A stretch of DNA of 64,000 nt from the NCBI GenBank assembly GCA_964270895.1, contig OZ185439.1. One strand, given 5' to 3'. The notes beneath the pieces were generated by a model. It did not search any database, was not told the origin of the DNA, and was given only the letters and a program-made list of their open reading frames with translations. Of the stretch, positions 38,234 to 64,000 are shown one piece after another. The stretch comes from Podarcis filfolensis. Its lineage: Eukaryota. The translations under genes were made by a program, and so were the position numbers. Position 1 is the first letter of the stretch; the number at the start of each line of letters is the position of its first letter.

Positions 38234-40222
38234 TGTGGCACCCAGAACAGGACAGAGCATTGGTGCCAAGGTCTGTGTGACATGGGGGGGATGCTTGTTG
38301 TGTGCGCATGATGTCACATATTTGACATGTGTGTCATCACACATATCAGGAGGAGGTCGCAAGGCCCAGGGGGGTCTACTGCCACCACAGTTAGGCCTGA
38401 TAAGGCCTTCCACCATCATAGAGAGACAGCTCATTGCCTGACATACATTCTGGATCTTATTAACCCTATAAACAATAATGGCTCCCAGTGGGTTTTTAAT
38501 GATGGTCAACTAGGCCAGCTGTGATGGAAAAGTTTGTTTTGCTTGGCAGGTTGGGTCAACAAGTGTTTTCTGTTTCTTTTTCCCTGCCAGCAAATGGTTA
38601 GCAAACAGCAGCTTATGATTGACTGGGGGTTCCAGGAGGGGGAGTTGAAAAGGAGAGGATTTGGATAGACAGTTTCTAGTTTGGGATAGAGTAGGTTAGA
38701 ATAGGTTGGGGGATAGGTAGGGAGACAGGGAGTGAGAGGAGAGAGTTTGTTCTGGGTAGAAACATCCACTCTAAGGAATATATCACAAGCTAGAAAAAGG
38801 AGTCTCTGAGCTTATTGTGAAGGACTGTGTGTGGTGTCCTGTAAGAGTAATTAGGCCAGGAATTAACTGGGAGGCTGAGGCTGAGCCAGAAGTAGAAGCG
38901 GGAAAGATACAGTCTACTTAGGATGCATTCCAGTCAGGAGGGGAGAAATTCTTCTCCGAAAAGAGAAGACTCCCAAACCAGTTAAGAGGGGTGTGGAGAT
39001 CCCTTGAGTCTGTTACTTGGAGTACCTCAGGAGTAGGGTTGTCTAAGGGGTGTGGAACTGACAGGAAGTACCACCTTGTTTTAAGAACCAAAATATTAAG
39101 TGGCAACAGCTGTGCAACAACAGAGCACTGAAGTAAAATATTATAATCTGAAGTATCCTATGTTTTACCCACTTGTGTCATAAACTTCCTTTGTTAAATA
39201 AAATATTGTTTATTTGATCAAATCCTGCTTGAGACTCCAAATTATTAAGTTTTCCCTCACACAAGTCCCCCACAAGATAATCTGGGGTAGTTTGTGGGAA
39301 TTCGTGGAACTGGTGTTCTGTGAGATGGGTGCACTATATTTAAGTGAGGGTGGGCCCAACGGCACCGGGGGGGGGGGGAGGCCGTTGCGCCATCACATAT
39401 TAATTGGTGATATGAAGTTAAAACCCACACAGAAATGTACCCAGAGATACAGAACAACCAGTTTAATAAAGTATTGAGGATATTTTATTAAAAGAAGAAA
39501 AAAATTCTGTCAGAAAATGACCAGCAAGCGCCAAGCAAAAGAGACTTGGGATGACCCAGTGCAGGGAGCTGCTGCATTTGAGGAGAATCCTAATACTGAA
39601 TTAGAAATGATGAGGCTAAGATTAGAATTGGCTAAAGTTGAAGCAGAGAAAGAAAAACAAATTAAAGCAGAAAGAGAAAAGGCCAGAATCGCAGCTGACA
39701 TTCAGGTAGCACAGATACAGGCTGAGAGAGATATGGCAGAGAGAGCAGATTAGCTCATGAGGAAAAAAGAGAGAGAAAGAGATGCCAGATTAGCCCAAGA
39801 ATACAGAGAAAGGGAGACCAAGATGGCCCATGAAAAAGACATGTTTCTTTTAAAAATGGAGGAAATTAAGCTGAGAGCAGAACTGCCACAACCATTGTTG
39901 CGGGGTTAAGATTTTACCTCAACTAATATAAAGAGATTTCCAAAGTATGTCAAAGGTGATGATGTACAGGCATTCCTGTTTAGTTTTGAACGGACCTGTA
40001 AAGATTTAAATATTACTGAGGAAAACTGGATGCTGTACTTACGCCCACAGATATGTGGAATTTTGAGTGAAATATTAATTTGTGATTTTTGAGAGAAGAT
40101 GAAACCTCACATTTAAAGAAAGAGTGAAGGTGCTTGGTGTTCTGTGAGGTGGGTGCACATATATATTTAAGTGAGGGCGGACCCAACGGCACCAGGGGGG
40201 AAAGTGCCGTTGTGCCGTCACA
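38234..40222 (+). mobile_element. Degenerate, internally deleted Gypsy/Ty3-like LTR retrotransposon
   Basis: Frameshifted gag remnant at 39517-40070 (coiled coil, then RFPKYVKGDDVQAFLFSFERTCKDLNITEENWMLYLRPQICG). About 87-bp direct repeats at 39311-39397 and 40135-40222 end in TCACA. PBS-like TGGTG at 39405, AATAAA at 39197. Left boundary uncertain. Confidence 0.75.
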
Positions 40223-40833
40223 ACAGCTGAACCTCATAACTGAGGACAGTTGCACGAAAACTGTTCTATATGTTAATGGAAGTACTTATGTTCTGCCCTT
40301 TCAATAATATCCTCCACCAGTTGCTGAAAAAACAACATTCTTGCAAAGTCCTGCTGGCTTTGAGGTTGGGGTGCTTGCTTGTTCTTTTGACATCCACTTG
40401 CCAGTAGGAACAAGGGAACTCTGGGGCTTGTCACAGAAAGAGCTACAATCTATGGAGTACAAATCTTAGAACTTCCAGTACACAGATTTGTGCTCTCAAT
40501 CTCAGTCTCCCTTCTTTTAACAGGAGTGGCAGAAGGTGGAGTAGGTTCTGGTGGTAAACCTCTGAGGAAATTGAAGAAATTTGACAAGGAGCACTCAGTT
40601 GTTTTAGCAGCAATATAAAGACTCACCATCCACATCATGCTACTGAAATGAAGTTGAGAGATAGGGAATGTAACCAGAATGGGTAACCAGAAGTAGCTTT
40701 TTGAGTCAGCTCATTTAAGTTATGGTATTCAAAATGAATTACTGGGCTCCAAATTCTTTTATTCTAAATGTGCCTCTTTTGCACGTAACTCCACCTGAGT
40801 CTATCTTGAGGTTGTAATGAAAACAAAATAGAT

Positions 40834-41068
40834 CAGGCGTCAGCAAACTTTTTCAGCAGGGGTCCGGTTCACTGTCCCTCAGACCTTGGGGGACAGATGG
40901 ACTATATTTTGAAGGGGGGGGGGATGAACGAATTCCTATGCCCCAGAAATAACCCAGAGATGCATTTTAAATAAAAGGACACATTCTTCTCATGTAAAAG
41001 CACACTGATTCCATTTAGAAGACGATTGGGCTGGATCCGGCCCCCGGGCCTTAGTTTGTCTACCCATG
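40834..41068. mobile_element. hAT (Charlie-like) MITE
   Basis: 8-bp TSD AAATAGAT at 40826-40833 and 41069-41076; imperfect TIRs CAGGCGTCAGCAAACT / AGTTTGTCTACCCATG. Confidence 0.85.
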
Positions 41069-42004
41069 AAATAGATCTTGCAAGCCTGCAGGCTGCCTAT
41101 ACCTGTTCTAGAGAGCCTACACCAACAGCCTAATGTTCAACGTGTTCCCTGTTGTTGTACCAGACCTGCTCAGTGATTCCAACAAGTTTCGCAACATATT
41201 ACAGGACTGGGACACCCCGAAAGAATACAACTTTTGTAAACATCCTCATCCGAGGCTAGTTCCTGCTTTGCTTGTTTAGAATCTGTAAACATTTCCCTCT
41301 TTCCTTGACCTCCCTAGTCCTTCAGCCGAAGGGGTGGGGGAACCTTTCCTGGCTAGTGATCCAGATTCTTATCTTTCCACCTCTGCTGAACCAAGTTTTA
41401 CAGGTGGGTGGGACTGTCCTATCAGTCACCTGATGTCACTATGATGTGAGGTGATATGGGGTTTTGAAGCCCCACTTGTTGACCCTCCAGGACCAGGGTG
41501 AGTTGCCACCACTCATCAGCTGTAGGCAGGGGAGAAACTATGCTTTATTTAATCTGGGTCAAAAACACACTCCCATGCACATTTGCGTGCACACACACAG
41601 GCTGGGAGCCCCAATGGTAATCCTCTCTAGAAGCTTCACCTGGGGCAAAAAACCTGGCTACCCCTCCTGCCACTGCCACTATGGCTCTGCTATAAGAACT
41701 CACTTTAAGCTCCTAGTCGAATGCCTTGGCCTCAACACCTAGTTGAAAAAAGGCTTCATACTCATAGTCAAGGTGAAAAGTAATTAGTAAGAATGTGATT
41801 ATTTCATGCCAATTATATACACACCCTCCTTTCATTAAGCCTTATACGTAATGATATATATGAGGAAATGCCTAATTGCAATCATGTCAATTACAGCACG
41901 GCGCACAAGCTACTTGTGCTGTTGTCTGCTGTTCTTTGACCAATGGATGAATTCCTCTTAAACTGAAGTGCTACTTATTAATTTAATTCATATGTCAACC
42001 TTTT

Positions 42005-42180
42005 CTTTGAGAAGCTCATGGTTGTGTACATGGTTCTCCCCCTTTCTCATTTAATACCCTCAACAACCCTGTGAGGTAGGCTAGGGTGAGAGGCAGTGAT
42101 TGGCCCAAGGTTACCCAGTGAGTTTCATGGCCGAGTGGGGAACAGAACCCTGGCTCCAGGTCCTAGCCTGACATGCTAGC
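42005..42180 (-). mobile_element. CORE/MIR-like SINE remnant
   Basis: CAACAACCCTGTGAGGTAGG...TGGCCCAAGGTTACCCAGTGAGTTTCATGGC...GAACCCTGG pattern; a related fragment lies near 49930-50050. Confidence 0.5.
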
Positions 42181-44678
42181 CAGAGGCTTGGAAGGGATAC
42201 CAAATTTGGGGGTTCATAGTTAATAACCCTCTACCCACTCAATTGACAGAAAGCCTCACTAAAACGCAGTGAAGTCACCTGTGCAGAGACAGGCAATAAT
42301 TTTAAACCACACAATCTTACTTGTCTCCAGTTGTAGTTCAAGTAGGTGGAACTGTCTGTGACCTGGCAGATCCTTGCTGCAATATCTTTGTTCACTGGTT
42401 ATTCCTGCCTGCTGCTGTCAGTCATCCACCCATGTCCAAACAAATCTAAGGCATTTGTATAAACCCAAGAAACCGAAGTAGGACAATGAATCTGCATTAA
42501 CAGGCTGTTAAATATATTCAGAAGCCAGGGCAACAGCTAATTTAAATTTGACCCCGCCATAAAGTCTTGGAATGCCTCGTCTTCTGTGCTCTGCATCTTG
42601 AAGATGTTCAAGCAGGAACATGAGAATCCAAATAAGTTCTGATGAGAGCTACAGTATACACAAGAGAGTGACGAAGCTCCATTCACAGCTGATATAATAT
42701 TTTTGTTCCAGATTCTTGGGAGGGAGGGAGGGTGCCCTGCCAAAGGCAAGGGGGCTCTTTCTCTGGGATTCAGAAGCAAGACAAGGCACAATTGGGGAAG
42801 AAAGCCTTAAGATTTATTAAAAAGCAGGCAGATTATACATAAGAGTATACTACACCAAGTAAGCAACACCTCCGCTCAGTTGCTGGGAGCTCCACAGGGA
42901 CAGCAACGGAGAGGACCCCATAGGTAGTCACCAAATGACACAGCATGGCAGGTCTGCACTGATGCTCTCCCTGTGTCTGAATCACAGGGGCCTTCCTAAA
43001 TTGGGCTGCATGATTGGTGTGGCAGCTGCCAATAATAAGCCTAATGCTGCTTCAAGGGATCCTCCCCCAATCACAGCTGTTCTCTCTTACAGGTATTTAG
43101 GCTGTGATCCTCCTAAGATGGTATAGCTGTACGCTATCTCTTCTAAATGTTTAAGCTGGGAAGCAGACAAGTAACACATTTTAGCAAAATACTGTAAGGC
43201 TGTTTCTAGCCAAAATAAGGATAACTGCTGCCTAGGAGAGTGAAGGTCACTGGCATGAAGGAGCAATTGTGACAGGCCACTACACCACATCGATGTACAA
43301 TATATCTTCTGGTGCATTTCCCATACAGGGTGTAGCTACTTCTTTTACTTCTTGACTTCATGACACGCCCCCCCCCCCCCCAATCTAGGCTTCTCTTCAT
43401 GCCCACAGACAGCATGGTAAAATCATGGTCTTAACAACATTTGCTTTGGAAAAGCAAAAAAGTATAAGATGCAAGGAACAAGCCCTCATGATTTTACATG
43501 CAGGTATCACAGTTCCACCGTACAATAACAGGCCACATCCATGCCACATAAATCCACAGTGGTGCTGCAAAGTTCTGGATCCATCGGTTTCACAGCACAG
43601 TCACGGAGTGTAAACTGAGACTAAATCACAAATTTCTGTTGAACTCTAAAAGCCTTTTAAAATTTTGTTTAGTAAGGTTTAGATAGCACTAAGAACAACT
43701 AGGTGGTTTAGGTAAAATAGTAGAAAATATTAATTAAAATAGTGACAAAACAGCCTTTAAAATTTCATAATACAATTTTCAAAATTTAAATAAAAGCAAG
43801 TTTTAAAAAACAAATATGCATGTTAAAATTACATGTCTGTGTAGTCTTTCATAAACAGAAAAGCTTATAGCAGGCATGGAAAACAATATAATTATGGTGC
43901 TTGCCTAGTAATTATATTATTGCCTACTATTGCCTAACTTGGCTCATAATTTTGTTATGTTTTGATTGGTCCTAGAAAACTGTCATTAGGTTGTTAAAAA
44001 TTATTTGTGTCACTCCCAAGGATACTTAAGAAATGCCTTTTTATAGGCCCCAAAGGTGGTCCTTTCACACCACAGAGGACAAATGGTAGCTTCCAGCAAA
44101 TGAATCTCCTCCCTCTGCAGTTTTCCTTTCCTCACAGCAAGGAGGCAGGGAATGGGAACAGTTCACCTGGTGACTGACTGGACACGTCATATGTAAATAA
44201 GTACGCTCTCTCTCCCTAGTTTCCACCATAAGGAATCCTGCATAGCAACCGTGTAACACCGGACTCAGGTTTCACAGCTTCAAAGCTGTGTGATAGGCAA
44301 GCCGAAAAGGGCAGTGGAAACTACAACTCCCAGCATGCCCTGTTGTCATTAAACTGACGGTGCTTTTACAAATCCCTAAGCATAGAGATAAAAGATTAGA
44401 GCAACCGCCAGTAGTTTCCCTATTTGGAAATTTCTATTTTACTCCGTGAGATGACTAAAACAGAAGAGTGTCTGTCTGCAGAAGTAATGCTGCGCAGCTT
44501 CCGCACAGGACCACCGAATAACCGAGCGTTTGCTTGGGATCAAGTGTTCACACGTGCCAGTCCTGGTGTTATACACGAATATTTCCAGCAGAGATGCGTC
44601 TCCCGATTCTTTTTTCCTCTGAAATGTGAGAAATGGTCTTCTTACAGCGGCTCAGGTCCAGAGGCTGGAATGCGTTTC

Positions 44679-44706
<28 letters not shown>
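44679..44706. repeat. (CATA)n microsatellite
   Basis: Read directly. Confidence 0.9.
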
Positions 44707-44710
<4 letters not shown>

Positions 44711-45388
44711 TTTTTTCTATTCAGTGTAAAGACCTGTGCACAAACTCCTGCCTTTGCTCTAAACACTTTGCCACCAAATCTCAGCCTGACATTTTATTTT
44801 GTTTTAAATCTTGCCACAGGCTTTTGCCGGGCGTGGGAGGAAGAGATATCTGTATTAGACTAATGACTAATGAGGTTCGCGTCAGAAGCAGCCCAGAAGT
44901 CCTTTCTACAAAACGGGAACGGACTGCTCTTACATTACTGGTCTATGTTTCATTTTGATCCTTGCGTCGCCGGATCACGCAGTCAAAAACGTAAGTCCGC
45001 TTTCTGGGAGGAAATAATAAACGAAAAGAGGGAGAAAAAGTCCCGTGTTGCCCTGCGCGCCTTCTCCCTTCGCGCTGATTGGCCGAGGCGCGAAGGAGCG
45101 AGTCGTTCAAAGTAGGCGAGTGTGGAGGCGCTTTGGGCGCGCGTCTCGTTTGAGGCGGTTCTTCTTGACATTCGCCGGTCCTAAGCGCTTCTTTTTCCTC
45201 CGGGAGCCGGCGGCTCATTTTCTCCTCTCCGTCTCTCGCGGGCGTTTCGGCCAGCTAGTGGAGCTCGCAAGTGTGGGGACCCGCCTCCCGCAGCCGTTAA
45301 AGACGAAACGGGACTCGAGCGGCCGCCTCCCTTCCCTTCCCTTCCTCCGCTCCTCCCGTGTCGGAGTCTTGCCTGTGGCGGCCTGAAC

Positions 45389-62595
<17,207 letters not shown>

Positions 62596-63002
62596 GTTAC
62601 TTAGCATCTTACAGTCTAATGACAGACTTCCTAAAAGTACTGCACCACTTTAGGCCATGGGTGGAGAATCTCTTGGGGGTGATGTGTTGGATGGTCAGGG
62701 GCAGTGGTGCGCTGGGCCTCCTGTTTTTTCTTCTAGTTGTTGTGTACCTTCCTGTTTCTCCACCCCTTGCCACCCACAAAATAAGCCAAATACTGTAGGT
62801 TGCCCACTCTTGCTTTAGATAGACAAGACTGGTCTGTGGCTAGCATATATAAAACATCTTGGATTGGATAACATTTGGGTTTGAAAATTACTTGATTCTC
62901 AATCGAGAACAGTTGGAAAGGCTGGGCCTATTCAACATCTGGTATTTGGTCGAGATTGGGGAGAGTTGCCCATCTTTACATGGAAGAATTCAAACACATT
63001 TT

Positions 63003-63304
63003 GGCCCCCTCTGCACTATACATTTAAAGCAGCACCATACCACATTAAACAGCCATGTCTTCTCCCAATGAATCTGGAGAACGTTAGCTAGTTAAGGCTG
63101 CTGGACCCTCTACTCCACTCACAGAGCTATAATTCTCAGAGTGCTTTAATAGTTAATCCCTCTTCTCTGGGAATTGTAGCTCTGTGGGAAGAATAGAGGT
63201 CTCCTAACAACTCTCAGCACCCTTAGCAAACTACAGTCTTTGGGGGAAACCATGGCTGTTAAAGTGGTATAGTGCTGCTTTAACTGTATAGTGCAGATAA
63301 GGCC
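63003..63304. mobile_element. PIF/Harbinger-like MITE with long TIRs
   Basis: About 55-bp imperfect TIRs starting GGCC (CTGCACTATACA...AAAGCAGCA...ACAGCCATG); 3-bp TSD TTT on both sides. Confidence 0.75.
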
Positions 63305-64000
63305 TTTGATCACAAGTGGCAGCACTATCAGATTTGGCCACCTGATATTGGTGAAGGCAAATGAAGTTGCAGTACCCTTGCTTTGAGCTCCGGTTCTGCC
63401 AGGATGTACAATGGAACAATCATTTCTGTGCGCAGTGTGATGTGCTTTCAAGAACAATATAGTGCTTTTAGAAAATGTTTGCCCTCTGGCCTGATTCTGG
63501 ACCAACTTTTTCTAGTCAACCTTCCTGCCGAAGCAACTGGACCTGGTTCACATGATACATTAAAGCATAGTTAAAGCAAACTAGGTGGTTCAGGATGAGC
63601 ATGCTGGGGCACATTGCTGAAATTGGAGTGCTTCATTCCTTCCCCACACCTGCTGCTGCTCCCTTTTGCCCCAGCCCAATTTCTGTGTCTGTTAACACCC
63701 TATACGCTGCTACTTATAATTTGACAAAGAAGTCAGGAGATGTCTGGGCAGTGCCACTAGTGGTTTTCCAGAGTCTTAGAAGCCTTTGTAGAGGAGAACT
63801 GGCAAAGAAGATAGCTTAAATATTTTTGCTACCTGGAAGCTAACTTGGTTTTCTGAGAACATGAACCTTTGTATGTATGAAACCAAGCTTAAGCCCTTTT
63901 TGTCCAGCATTATATTTATTAATTCCACCTTTTGAAAAGAAAGTTCCTAGTATTAAGCTCATCTAGGAGTTTTCGTGAATTAATTAGCAAAAAAAAAATA

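Noticed and set aside
40270-43200. Possible old ERV or retrogene fragments on the minus strand
   Set aside because: Short ORFs without diagnostic motifs; cannot be supported without a repeat database.

Overview
Eukaryotic genomic window. The repeat complement suggests a squamate, probably lacertid, lizard (inference). It holds two head-to-head protein-coding genes in the order known from the vertebrate IDE-KIF11(-HHEX) block. IDE (insulin-degrading enzyme, M16A) is on the minus strand: coding exons 1-16 run from ATG 36210 down to 607, and the gene continues left of the window. KIF11 (Eg5, kinesin-5) is on the plus strand: coding exons 1-18 run from ATG 45389 to 62595, and the gene continues right of the window. 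All readable exons were walked by hand with GT-AG sites, and the phases are continuous. Main observation: the only two N-runs (2621-2784 and 3253-3400) sit on IDE exon 15. The visible flanks show two separate acceptors, supporting a tandem pair of 145-nt mutually exclusive exons (15a/15b, known in human IDE) that the ORF track cannot show. Other candidates: a stop-containing cassette exon in IDE intron 4 whose donor is folded into a hairpin, a strong-context uORF and a divergent TATA box in the IDE CpG island, an E2F-CCAAT-E2F/CHR KIF11 promoter, a Gypsy-like LTR remnant between the promoters, a 171-bp tandem duplication, and many MITEs, LINEs and SINEs. Human exon sizes and residue numbers are from memory, not a database search.
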